From Ruditapes philippinarum (Eukaryota), in the NCBI RefSeq assembly GCF_026571515.1, contig NW_026861764.1, forward strand, positions 186,001-250,000: 64,000 bases of DNA. Direction: 5' to 3'. The translations under genes were made by a program, and so were the position numbers. Each line of letters opens with the position of its first letter. The first letter of the stretch is position 1. The notes under the pieces were generated by a model. The model was not told where the DNA came from. It was given only the letters and a program-made list of their open reading frames with translations, and did not search any database. Below are positions 1-14,000 of this stretch, one piece after another.

Positions 1-540
1 ATAGTGTGATGTTCAATCAAATGGGAAATTAAATCTCTGTATTTGCCCGTAGAAAAAGAACAGTAATAACACTGAAAATGCATTGTTGAATCTGAAATAT
101 TTGAATAAATATCATATAAACAGTACATTATCAGCAGAATAAAATGGAATCGATAAACAGATGTAAAAAAATAGACAAAAATATCGATTTTCCATACTAA
201 TGTGCTTCTTCTGTTACACTTAAGTTGGGCTATTTTGCAATACTCTGTATACTTAAAATCAATACTCGTTACACTTCTTGTATCTTTTTTGGCCTGTATC
301 TTTTTTGTACTTTCACACTTTTTGCCTGAAATTTGGAAAAGCATACTTGGGTTGTGAATAAAAGAATTGCTCGATTCAATTTTTTTTATTGGTAATATAA
401 TAATTTCTTACGATTCTACAGTATAGCGGTCAGTATTTTCAAGTGAGCAGCGGATCGTATAGGTGTAGTTTAATCAATTTAACAAGTACCTGTAATACTT
501 TTATGTCTTTCAGAGCTACAAAAATACCTCTAGATATATA

Positions 541-1950
541 AAATATGATAAACAAGATCGACAAGGAAAGGCGGCGTTCAATGAACGCAACCCCCACCCG
601 ACCCAGCAATAAGAGCCAGTGAATGAATCTGAGTCTGAGCCCGCTTAGATGAATGAAATACCAATTAGTTTGGAAAATATCTTCGCTAAACTTACCTTAG
701 TTCCCCGTTCAAAGTCGCGGAATGGGATGAAAATCCTCATAATATCGAGCAGTATCCGGGGTACGGTATACCGCAGTGGTGATGTTTAGATCTGGTGACT
801 TGGGATGCAGGAGCTGCTGGAACTCGAGGAAGCCATTATTCAGTAATGGAGAAATATTCTTTGGGAAACTATGTCATTTCCATGAGACAGGTGTTTACAC
901 GTTGTTATAGCCATGGGAGGACACATAAAATATTAGAACTGGTAAACGTACATGTTAAGTGGGATTCTGATACTTTTCATTTTGTTACGATAATTACAGC
1001 CATTTGTAATTTTTCATTTTGCAGTAGCATATTTGTTTTGTTGCTGTCTCTATTTTCTTGTCAATGAATTGTAAATAAAATTATAAGTTATATGTATGAT
1101 ATGTTGAATATTTTATGATCCAAGGTTGAACACAATCCGTCCACAAATAACGAATTTATAATACCGAAAAATTTAAGTGTCGGGTTATAACTGCATCTGA
1201 GTGAATGATAATCATATGTTGTATTTACTGAGTTGATAAAAATAAGTGTTTTGATTCTGTATGTTCTTAAAACAAAATCAACGTGCAACACAAAAAGGAA
1301 TCTTAAGAATAATTGGTGTATATATCAGAAAAATGAGTAGGTCAAATGTAAAAGTTTTAATTTTTAGAGGGGCAATAACGAGACCTCTTTTATTTAGAAG
1401 CCATTGAGTATAAAATGTACTTTCACTGTAGATCAAAATACGTTCTGAAGTCGACGTGATCATCATTTGTGTGAAATTTGTGGTAATGCTATGTCTAAAG
1501 ACATGGAGACAGTTCATTGATAAATTCTTAAATTTACAAAAAATAAAATTTAGGTCTGGAGGTAATCGTCCCCTTGATGTTGGAGTATTGTACATATTGG
1601 ACAGTGTTACTTAAAATTAGTTGAAACTTAGTCTGAACAAGTTAAATGTTGATGTTGCACATCAAAGACGTCGCCAAATGATGTGAACAGTCAATCGGCA
1701 TTGAAAATCGTTCTATATTGCAGTTCAATATCCGAAGCACAAATCAATTTTTCTCCATGTTCTTGGTATGTGCTCGTTGTTTCATAATTAAGTTGCATAT
1801 TGTTCGTGAAAAGGTAGAACCTAATGCATAAAATCACAAAGAAATGCCATGTCAAAATTCTGAAATATTTGTCTGTTGCGACAAAGATTGAAACGTCTGG
1901 TGGAAGCAAAACAAATTGGATAACAAGTAAAATTGAAATGATTGGTATAG
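541..1950 (-). mobile_element. Decayed dispersed repeat, possibly a Helitron/Helentron coding remnant
   Basis: 541-625 matches 42870-42950 (aaaggcggcgttca..cccgacccag..agagccagtga) and weakly 22095-22150; minus-strand peptide hints only. Confidence 0.4.
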
Positions 1951-2559
1951 ATTACTTAAAATAAATGCAGGACAATATGTGCCGAAAATATGTCTATTTA
2001 AATATTGATGCGAACTGCATAATGTGCGAATGATTTTGAGGACGAACTGTTCTGCAGTGGTCTGCCCTTACTAGCCGTAGCGTAACCGTTGCGCAGAGTT
2101 TGTCGTGCTTTCTTAACGGTTGAGGGATAATCGCCTCTCTGATAGAAGGCATGGTTTAGGCTTTGTAACTTGTTATTCAATGATTCGACAAGTGATATTA
2201 ATCAACGTTGTCCTGATTCCCTTCCGCCGCGTCAAAGGAGAAATGGTAGCATACGAAGCATCACATTAAATTTTGCGGCAATTTAAAGCGGAGCCTTACT
2301 TCAACAGAAACGAAGCAAATGAATTGAGTGACATTGCCTCATTCGTTACCTGAACTCAACGGTAAAGTTTTAGAACGATCGACTATAGACTGGCTCATTG
2401 GAACGTTATTTATTAGGAAGATAAAATTAGATACTGATGAAAAGAATATGATATTCAAACATGGCACTTAAAAACATTATCACTTAACCTTTATTCTAAT
2501 CCCCTTAAGCTCTGTGACATAGTGAACAGAAGAGCTAGTTAGACTTAGTTTCAAATTTG

Positions 2560-2810
2560 CACTAGATCTTGCTGAGATGTGTATGTTGACAAATAGATAA
2601 TATTACATACCAAATATCAAAGTTGTGTGTTTAAAGACTTTTTTTTCAAATCGGGTAACCTCAATGGCGGGGCGTCTTTTCTACCAAGTTTCATTAAATT
2701 TGGCGGAGAAATCAATTGAATAAAAAAGTTAACGGGCAGACTTATGAACGACGGACGACAGACGACATGGTGCCACAAAAGCTCACCTTTGTGACAGGTG
2801 AGCTAAAAAA
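2560..2810 (-). mobile_element. HINE/pearl-like element end fragment
   Basis: gacggacgacagacgac microsatellite plus agctcacc..ggtgagct hairpin at 2780-2804. Confidence 0.5.
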
Positions 2811-3294
2811 GAATTTGAGAATCAAAATAATATTTAAATATTAAATTCAATTATGGAAAGTTGGACTGGTCTACTTCCATTTTACTTCCATATTACATGT
2901 ACAATTATAGCATCACCTGGGGGAGAAGTCTTGAGTGATAAAAAAAATTCCTTTTTAGAATAATTTAACAAATCATCCTAGACAAGATTGAGCAAGCAAT
3001 CCCGGCTTCCAGCTGCAGGTCAAGTAGGCAAAAATCGACCCATGGTCGAATGATTAATGTAAACAAGTGGTAAATGAAAGAATTAAAAACAACCAATAAA
3101 AATAAAAAGTAAAGTGTTAATAAATTATTATTATTTTTCATTATTGTTTTTCAATAATTCAAAGGTTAAGTGACAGATATGATGAATGATAAAAGCGATG
3201 TAATTAAAGTTTACTTCTCGTTTATATAAAACAAAATTGCAGGTTTATGATAACATCAAATTTTATATACTGATAACCATCCGTTATGATCTGA

Positions 3295-6200
3295 CAGTTG
3301 TGTTCACACTAAAGTTCTCACCCTTCTGCACTTCTAGTGCACTAGAGCTGAACTTAAGTGCAAATCAAGGACACTTTTAGTGCACTAAACCATATGACCA
3401 GACAGGCCAGGGAAGGAAACACCTAAATAATTTATTTGGATAAGTGCATAACAGGTGACAGGTGCCATCCATTGTTATGCTGATTTAGAAAAAAAACTCG
3501 GCATATTCGTGAAAATAAATAAGTAAATTTTAAATCAGCAGTTTTATCATTTTAGATGACATCAGCTAAAAATTATTTTCTTTTTATTTAGTATTGTTAT
3601 TATATTCTTTATTAAATCTAACCAGTATTTAGCTGTATTATAAAAATAATACCCTTTAAAAATCAAATTCATAGAATCAATATAGTTAAATTTAAATATG
3701 CTCTCCCTGTAATGGATATTTAAATGCAGTGTTTCTTTAAAGTTTTTTTGTTTTAAACATGACCATGAATTTTAATTTTTCTAGTGTACAAATGGGAAAA
3801 TTAATGTGATAATTCTGGCCCAATTAGTTTGTAACAACATTAACTTTTTTATTCAAGGTAAGATTTATATTTAAGTTAAAATATTGTTTTTATAGATTTT
3901 AATTAGATGCAATTTCTCATGTTCAGTATTGAAGGAAGAAAATTACATTGATATTTCAATAAAACCTTTATATGCCAAACAATCCATATACTTTCAAATG
4001 TGAATAAAATGCTTGCATATTTTTATAGAGATATAAAGAATTAAAATATTATCCATAAAATAAATAAATTCGCTAACTTTATTTACGATTTCAATATTAA
4101 AAATGTTATTTTTCAAGGGAATACTTTGATAGAAAAGGAAAGTCTCTAGTCTTGCTATGTATTGGTATTTTTCTGAGAACGACCGGTCTCCTGCTGATAA
4201 GAGGGCATTAAGGCAAATAACAATAATGCAGGTTTTAAGTATGCAATGCCTATTTGAATTTCCCTTGTTTTTCAAAATACAAGTTAGATATAGATAAATG
4301 ACCATTAGTTTTGTATAATCAAATAAAAGAAATCATAATGGCATAAATGCATAATTATTCATTATTGTCTATAAAGCAGAATTTTCTATTTTTTTTTGTT
4401 TAAAATCTGTTTGAAATCCATATCAGTGTAAACTATTTTATAAATACTTTATATCAATATTAATCAACATTTTGGCCATTCTGCATTATACAATATAACT
4501 TAGAGGCAATTCCTTCTGTTCACTATTGAAAAAGAATACTGATACATTGATTCTTAAACAATCCATATACTGCGCTAATTCAGTATTCAACCGTAAAATG
4601 CTTTCATATTTTTAAAAGATAAAACTGAGTAAATTTTTTCCTTGAAATAAAAAAAGGTAAACTTTATTCATGATTATAATATATAATGCATAAACAGAAT
4701 ACTTTTAAAGAAGCGGAAAGTCTCAAGTCATGCTGTGTATTGGTATTTTTCTGAGAGCGACTGTTTTCAATATACCAAACTCCTGCTGATAAGAGAGCCT
4801 CAGGGTAAATAATAAGCATGCATATTGTAAGTATGCAATATATATTAGAAATTCACTGTTTATTTTTTCAAAATACATTTTGGACATAGATATATGACCA
4901 TCAAATTAAAAAATATAATCATTAAATAATGACATAAATGTATCCTTAGATATTATTGTCCCTAAAGTGGAATTTTTTAATCTTATTATTAAAATCTGGT
5001 TTAAAATCTATATCAGTGTCAACTTTTCTAGAAAGACTTCATATCAATATTTTTTTTCACATTTCCTGCCATTTTGCATTAACTTTAAAGCATTGTTTCA
5101 TTTCGAACTGGAAAATGTCTTACATGAGCAGAAAACATTTACAGAAAGTTAAAGTGTCGAAAGTCATTCATGATTTGCAGTGGTGTTTTTATATAAAATC
5201 CTGCTGATAAGAGAGCCCCAGGGTAAATAACATTAGGCAGATTATTAGTAGGAAATGTAATTTCCGTACCCCTTGGATGTTGATGCAATAAATTTCATTA
5301 CCAGTAGTACAAAAAGAGAAAGGAAAACTAAAATAGTTTTGCAATTTATTATAAACTCAAAAAAATATTCATGTTGCATAATTATGTTATAATGCATGAA
5401 AAAAAGAATGTTGTACAGGTACATTATGACAACACGTTTTGGCCTACCCCACCCTCCAGTATAAATAAACTTAACTATTTAAAAAATATAGCCAAGCGAA
5501 ATATGGCTATATATATGCGCCTCAGTACTCTCGACTCTTTAGAAAAAAACAACAACACACTTTGAGTGTGATCTTAAGAAACTGTGGACATTAGTATATG
5601 ATAATAATAATAATATGTAAGAAAAGGCGACCAAATTGACCGACGAAGTTGAAAGCCTTTAATTCTCTCTTAATCAAGCGCAATGTGAAATATCAAACTT
5701 GCAAGGACAATTTGTTATATGTACAATCTCAGTCAATGAGAAACAATTTAGTGTTTTCAAATATTCAGAAGTCCGAGCACGAGAAACCCAAGATTGCGAG
5801 AGAATTGTACGTCATTTCACTGTAGATAAATGAAAGCTGACTCAAGATACTGCGGATAGCATTGGTCTCGAAAGGCTACAAAGGACGGGCAATAAAACGT
5901 CAGGGGTACACGACAAGCCTAGAAATATTGTCGCTAAATTTACTTACTTAAATTAAGGAAAAAGAGATAGTGCTTCGCAGTAAGGGCAAGTTAAAGGGCA
6001 CTGAATTATTTGTGTTTGAACAATTTACCGAAGAAATTGCTGATCGCCTTAGATATCATCTTCCAAAATTAAAACAGGCGTTACGTGACGGCAAACGTGC
6101 TTGGCTTAGCTACGACACGTTATACATAAACGGCCACCCAGTGCGTGATGGAAACCAATAGTACTGCGCGGAGGCTGAACTTAAAATTGCTTCATGGAAC

Positions 6201-6931
6201 GTGCAGGGTTTAACTAAAAATAAATTTGAAGATACCAATTTTATAAGCTACATGTGTGAACATGAAATCTTTTCCTACCTCCATTATATATAAATGTCTA
6301 TTTTCAGAATAAAATACTAGTATGTCATTGATAAAGATATTATGTAAATCTAACATTGAGAAAGGTAGAGAGATACTGAGATAAAATTGATAAAATAAAG
6401 GCCAATTATAAACATATTAATTCTTTAATGGCTATCCACGCTTAAAATCATTAACTACTACTAAAACAACCATAATTTAAAATAAAAAACTAATTGGTAT
6501 GATTTGCGCCCCCCCCCCCCAAAAAAAAAAAAAAAAAAAAAAAAATTGACTTCCATTTAGCATTTCACAGTTTAATATTTCATTACCAGATCATTATACA
6601 ATAGAATCATATCAGATATCAATTAGTTTTGTTTATTTATGCACTTATCTGCATTAAAGTTATAATTAATATTTATATTTACTTATTATAACAAATATGT
6701 ATTAAAGTACCAAATCAATAAAATTGATGAATAAAAAAAATAATATTGTTTAATATTTTACACCATATTTTACGCAATCCAAAATTCTCATCTTCAAATT
6801 CATAATGAAAAACTATTATACAGATATGTTTTTTTGTAAAGGCTAATTGTTTTTATTAACTGCTTAAAACATATAATAGATTTAGTGCACTTCAAGTGCA
6901 CTTTGTGTAACCTTTAGTATGACCACAACTG
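3295..6931. mobile_element. About 3.6-kb non-autonomous TIR element (Tc1/mariner-like ends) with internal tandem repeats and a nested LINE piece
   Basis: Left cagttgtgttcacactaaag vs right ctttagtatgaccacaactg|ta; internal repeats share ctcctgctgataagag near 4188, 4780 and 5200. Confidence 0.6.
5610..6275 (+). mobile_element. LINE fragment: ORF1 C-terminal part plus start of ORF2 AP-endonuclease
   Basis: MRNNLVF..KPRNIVAKF..KLKGTELFVFEQF..KRAWLSYDTLYING, then ELKIASWNVQGL; frameshifted. Confidence 0.8.
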
Positions 6932-8012
6932 TACTTTAGCTTGAAGTTCTAATAACCCCTCCATGAACCACAGTTTGTACAAACAAAACCAAATTTGAAT
7001 AAACAATATCCCACTTTTATCATGCATCGAATCTGTCATTTTTTATTACTTACGATTTTTTTTATTATTATTATCTTTTTTATCATAAGTAGCTATAAGT
7101 ATTCCCTGTTCCAGCCCTCCAAGTCTCTAAGAAAGGATATCATTTTTATTCGCGTATTTTTTTCTCTTTTTTTTCTCTAAAAGAGTATTGTAATAAATAG
7201 CTGAATTTTCCTTTAATATTTTTAACATAAGTATGTCAGTACTTTTCAGGTTTGGCGTTAGAGCTATATAATTGTTGTTTACCCGAAGAAATTTTATCGC
7301 GATTTAAACTACATACATATACATTTATTCGTGATTGTTGGTAATTTAAATTAACTGGATCTTATCCATCAAGTGTTACTTGAGAAGATACTGATCATTA
7401 TTCAAACATTAACATATATTAGTGGTGTTAAATTTTAATAGATCAGATATTCTTGACATACTCTCTCAGCTTTCTATAACTAGAGGTGACTTCAGACTAT
7501 AGCTTTATTAACTAATTCCTCGGATTTTTATGTTGGCTGATTTTTACCATGATTCATGTTTTCGTCTCGTGCCCCGCCAAGCGAAAAGTCTAGAATTAAC
7601 AAGTTAAAATTGCAGAGCGAAAACATGGTAATAAGCAAGGGTGCGGGGCGAAGTTAAATAAATAAAAACACGCGAAAACACGCCTCGAATAATAAGTTTT
7701 TTTTTCTCCGCGACCCCAAATTTCATCGTCAAAGCATAGCAGTCATATGACTTCGCACAAACACGTGAAAAGCATGACAAAGGAAAATCGTTACACAAAA
7801 AAAGTTATAGAAACATGTACTCTAACGACTTTTATACACTAATGACAATCCCTACAATCCCACATGTAATTGAAATAACCCTAAGGATAGTTAAATATAT
7901 TAAAACGCAATAAAGTAATTATTTTTTTCCTTTGGCTGTTTCGAATTTTTTAATAAATACTCGGATATCTGTATAATTTTTATCTATCTGTTTGTATAGC
8001 TGCAAATACACA

Positions 8013-8049
8013 ATGGATAGCTTGAAAATATTTTTTCTTGTTATGCTAT
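8013..8049 (+). CDS. Exon 1: start and signal peptide (MDSLKIFFLVML-W, continuing QVDSVVA)
   Basis: acaATGG start, hydrophobic core, donor T|gtaagt at 8050 (phase 1); an acceptor tttgtatag ending at 7999 suggests an upstream 5'UTR exon. Confidence 0.75.
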
Positions 8050-11000
8050 GTAAGTATATATGTTTATTCAGCGAAATTGTAATATTTTGAGAACAATTAT
8101 TTCAATCTTTTCATTTATGGTGACTTTTCTTATTGAAAGTCATCAGTAAATTTAAAGAAACTGTTTATTTTATAGCGGATCCATTTATTTATTCTACATT
8201 GTCATGTATTTTTCATGTTCTGACTTTAGGGCAAGTGGACAGCGTAGTCGCGCAGAAGCTACTAAGTAGGAGAGCCAACACTTTGAGGTCAATAGAAAAA
8301 TTGATAGTGTATATAAAACTTGGGAATGATGAGGTTTGTGCTGGTGTACAAATGTCTGACGCTTGGATACTCACTCTTGCTGACTGTGTCGATACTAAAA
8401 TGTAAGTTGTATCATATTTTATATCCAAGTTAGGAATATCTGTTACATATTAATATCTATTCTTTTAAATGAGGTACGTATACGTTTTTTTTTTACCACT
8501 ACCGCTGCAGTAGAAAGTAACATATTTTTGTTAAGTAATTCGGAAAAACGATGCGTCATAAAAAAACAGAATTGTTGTTATTAAAGAATAAAGTATTCAT
8601 ATCATTAATGATAGTACATATTCGTTTTATATAGATACACTGAAGTAAACCGAAACGTACTGATCAGTAGACCGACCCTAAAACATAACCTACACTTTAA
8701 AGAGTAAATCACTGTCAACTGCATTGAAACTGAGGGGCGTGGGTCAAACCCCAGAAGGGGCAACATTTTTTTCATTTTTTTAACATTATTTATGTATCTC
8801 TTAGATCCCTTATGGAAAGAAAATAGTGTTTGATTTTAATAAATAAATATAATTATTGTAGGTGTTTATTTGCTAAATAATTTCAAATTTAATAGTAAAT
8901 AGGATACAAGATGTTTTCAAAGTTAAATAAAATAGAAACTACACGGTAAAAGTATTTTATATGTTGCAAGATCTACTTATTTACTTTTTAAAAAATCAAG
9001 GCAAATTTTGAAAACAGTCCCTCATTGTTTTAAATTAAGTGATATTTTGAATAAGGCTTTTTACATAGGGAAATGGTCGAAATGAATGTTTAAAGTGTGT
9101 GAGCAGGGTAACATTTTATACATATTAAAAACATTTTGTTTAGCATCAATTATTTTGTTCGTTAAATTGGTTTCCTGAATGTCATAATGATTATTATTTA
9201 TTAACAATGAGCAATAGAAAAACATTTTTTTCATAAAAACGATATTATAGATTATTTCCTCATTTCTGAAAAAGTGCCCTTCTAAGTGTCGAACGCCCAT
9301 TAACCGCACTGTAAATTTTGTATAAATTTTCATGCAGGTGACCTTTAAGGCATATAACAGTCCTTTGTTGTCAATTTTACAGTTCTTTATAGTGCCCATA
9401 AGGGGTATTCTTCCTGAAATATACATTACCATATTTGTTTTAGGAATTTCATTGGAACTCTACTGCACTTATTTGGTCATGTTTTAAACCCTGGAGAAAA
9501 TCATAGTTTTATGGTTACAAACTATTGGTTTTCTAATGGGACTTTATAAGTGTATAGAAATGAAAAATAGAAATTTAACTGTCTGTAATTTTGTTAAAGG
9601 TGTAAATTAAGAATGCACCAACAAAGTCGGAACTGTTGGTCCGTGTTAAAAATTATTATGCGATAAAACCCTAAAATCATACTGGGTCAGTTGTCATATC
9701 TCAACATATTTATAAATTGAGTAATTACCTTTTATTCTACCCATAAAATATTGTTAAAGTCAGATGCAAAGTGCAAGAAAATCGTAAATTAACAATAACA
9801 TATTACGAAAATAGTGTTAAAGCGTCAAATTTTGTTACTATTAATAGAAATAACTAAAAAAATATGATGTATTTGTAATTGTAGTCATTTTGTCGCAGGT
9901 CGTCTAAAAGGAAACATGGCCGATAAAAGTAATATTTTTTATTAAAATATTTTAAACTTTGTTTAATGTAAAATGGAATTAAAAAAATCGTTTTAAATAG
10001 TTATTTTTGCATCAATAAAGTTCGTTATTTTATATTGATTCGATTAATATATGGATAACAATATACGATATTATGATAAAATAGTATGTACATCTTTTTA
10101 ATTTCTCGGTAATGCCGGTTAGGCGGGATTTTCTTTTATTTATAACACAATAATTTCATTCTTAATATAGAATATGAAATAAGGGTATGATGAATCAGTC
10201 CCGTTCCGTGTACTAAAATAATGATCTTTAAAAACAATCGTTATGTCATTTTAAATATAAATTCTAATACTTCCGGAAATTAAGATATGAAATAATTATG
10301 AAATATTGACAATAGTACGATGTGTCATTCTCCTTATATACTCCAATAATGCTGCCGAAAGTGTGCATTGGTGGTCTTAAAGAGTCCCCTTTACTACTGC
10401 TGCCTATTGTGTATGCATTGTTCTTTTTCTATGTTAATACCACTATGTCATAAAATAAGTGTAACTTTATTTCTGTTTGATATCTACACTTATTTTCTAA
10501 ATTAAAATATATAATCACTTCTGCTGGAAAATTTAAAAAAAGAAGATATGTTTTTACACTGCTTATATCTTACTAATATTCTTTATAATTCAGTCAATTG
10601 TACGTACGATTAATTATAGGAAATTAATCTTTTGTTTAATAACATAATTGTTTAGAAAGTATGTCTCTGAGTAAAAGCACACACAAACTTATGTTTAAAT
10701 TTTCTTGCTTTCTGTTGACAAATAAAGAATGAATTCTTTGTTTCTAAGAATGTAAGAAACTTAAATCCGAATATTAAATGAATAATGGGAGAATGTCTAT
10801 AATATCAACAATATCAATATTTATGAATTCTAAAATCTTCAAATTTAAGAATTCAATTTGGCTTAACAAATGTAAAGTTTTGGAATTTAACACGTTTGTA
10901 TTAGGTAAAGAATGTATTGTCTTGGTACAATACTTTTATAAAAACATGTTAATTCTACCAATGAAATGTGGTGCCATTGCAGCCTTATATATTTCATATT

Positions 11001-14000
11001 TGTAAAAAAGAAATATTTAAAAAATAAAATAAAAATGAACGTGGGCGTATCAAAACTAATGTTTATTTTTAGGACTACTTTCTTAGATGCTTACCATTTG
11101 TAATGACTATCTTCATCGTCGGAATTATCTTATTATGTTTCTTCTTTTCGAAACAGTTATGGCTGCTGTGCCGAGTCACCGAGTCATTACTGCTCGCTAT
11201 ACAATTGCAACTGCACTAAACATGATAAAACTTTTATTAAAATTACACATGTCACTCGGCTTTCCGGCTTGTGAAAATGTATGGAATTTCATCATGTTTC
11301 AGCAAAATATATTCCATATTTGATTCAAGCGATAAAAATATCCTCTTAATAGTCACACATCTGTACGCATGAAAAATTAAATTTACATTATTTTGATAGA
11401 CAAAAACATTAGATTGGAAAGTATTTAAAATTAAGATATTGGAAACATTTTAGCAAATATCGGATAGTTTCTTCATATGTAAGGACAATAATTTAATTAT
11501 GTACAGAAACAGCAGAAGATAACACAGCAAACATCTTTCCTGGTTTATTAGATTCATTTGTATTTCTAGTAAAATAAAATGACAGTCCTCGAAATAAATT
11601 GGTTTTGTTACAATAATTCTTAAACTTTGATATTAAACTACTGAGCCCAAGTATGATGTTGGTCTTTGGCGGACTGCTGATCTTTACATATTTCAAGTTT
11701 GATACCATATAAATCATAAGTTTGCGTACGATTGTTTACTAAGACATATGCAATATAACTATCTCATTCATTTACCTTAGCATTTTAAACAGACGGCCAT
11801 ATTTGCACACATACAAAAAATAAAAGAAAAATAAATCATGAAAAATGAACAAATTTGGATAGTTTTGATGTACATTTGTGATACTTTTTGAAAATATCTC
11901 CTGTATCATTTATGTCATGAGTATACGTATATAATTTCTCGCTCATGGCTTTATTTCTTTTATATATGAGCCACGTCACGACAAAACCAACGCATTCTGA
12001 TCCAGATCCATGCTGTTTGCTATCAGTTTCTCTACTTATAATATATACTTGTCATATGGTTGGTAAGCGAACAGCTTGGATCTGTAATCAGACTGCGCGG
12101 ATGCGCAGGCTGGTCTGGATACATGCTGTTCGCAAACGCACTATGTTGCTTTTGTCGTCACACGACTCATATATTTATATGTATGTGAATTCTCAATTTA
12201 ATATAATGCCGACCGGTATCTATATCATCAGGGCAAATAAACATAAAACCATAGTAACCAACGTCAGCTAACGTTATTTGTGTACACATGTGAACGCAAC
12301 GTAAAAAATGTCGACGTCATTATCAATTTTTGTATAGTTCTGTTTTCAACATATCAGAACAATAAAGCTTACTAAACAAAAATTGATGATAGCGTCAATA
12401 AAAACTTCTCAAATAATTCATTTTTCTTATAAATATATATATTTATGTGTGTGTATGCAAAATTGCCCGTCTTTTTATAATGTAAAGGTTATTTATTCTT
12501 TGAAATTTTAGCAAGCTCGGAAAGTACAGTATCAAAAATCAAGATGGCTTAAAACAGGTTATTGCTGAAGACAGGGTGAGTAAGATAGGTTTTATTATAT
12601 GTGCATTATACTTTATATTTTTTTTTCTAAATACTGATAAATAAATATATCATTTTGGATATTCTGATAGCTAGGGAAATAATGTTGATAAAGGTCTTAT
12701 TAATTTATAATGATCATTTATATGATGAATATGATATTTTGTTCCAGAACATTTTAAAATATGTTATAAATATATATATATAATATCGGATCATGTATCT
12801 TAAACTTGGCAACAACTTCCAAAAATAATAATTTCGTGATTTGATGTTTCTGGTACTTAATATTCATTGTATTAAAGACCTTTTTTTTTACTCAACAGTT
12901 CTTCAACTGTTGTGTAAGTTTAAGAAAATTCCGAGAAAGTTGTACAAAGTTAAAAAATACCGATACGTTGTCATTCTACATAAAATGGATATGAACTAAT
13001 GTTTTTCTAGCATTGTACATGATTTAATTGCAATTTTGTTGAGTTTCAAACATTTCAGTTAAGAACGATTGAAATCAATGGTGAAAAATACTTCATATCA
13101 AACGCGATTTTATTACTCTATTACAGCAGTAGTTAAATGGAAATTACTTTTTATACATAAAATAACTTATTTCCTAACACGACGAGGTTTAAACGTTAAT
13201 AATGCAAACTATGCCAGTGTCGACGGTCTTTAACACCAATACACTCAGATCCAGACATACCTCCGTAGTATAAAACTTTTAAGTATCAGTTTTCCTTCTT
13301 TTTTTCCAAAATGTGTGGTGAATATGTCTCAAGTCTCTTTTTCTAGTCAATATCAAATCTGATATCAAATTTCAAAAATGTATGTTTAAGCAGCTAATGG
13401 CAAAATATTATTCTTTATATTTCAGGACTCCGTTGGCGAAGAATTCGTTCTTCTTCAGATTAAGACAACTAAGAAAACAAAAACTAAATTTGCAAAACTT
13501 TCTAACTTAAGATTGCCCTCACCCGGCTACGATTATCAGCTCTACAGTAAAGACGAGGCCGGTAAATTGTTTGATTGTTTTAGAATTGCATTGCCATTAT
13601 TTCCTTCTTTTCTCAACATTCCAATTCGCTAAAGAATATTTAAATCGGTTTATCAGGTTGAAGTTTGATACATTTATTTTTATCGTCTGTATACGACATT
13701 TCATCAATTCCTGTGCATTATAAACAAAGCGACAGTCACTTTTCGTTTTCTTTTAGAAAAACAATTCTGTACTGTTTCTAAGTAACTATTTCAGAATTTT
13801 TATCTTGTCATATTTCTATATAAACGTGTTAAGTGATATGCATTTGTTTGCTTTATAACTTATTTTTTCAATTTTGTTTATAAAATCCCTGTCTTTGATG
13901 AACTATCTATAATGAGGTACGAATTTGGCCAGCTATTTTATGTGGCGCATCCAAAAGTATCTATACTACTTGTTTGTTCACTCTAATCTAAGTTCAATTA

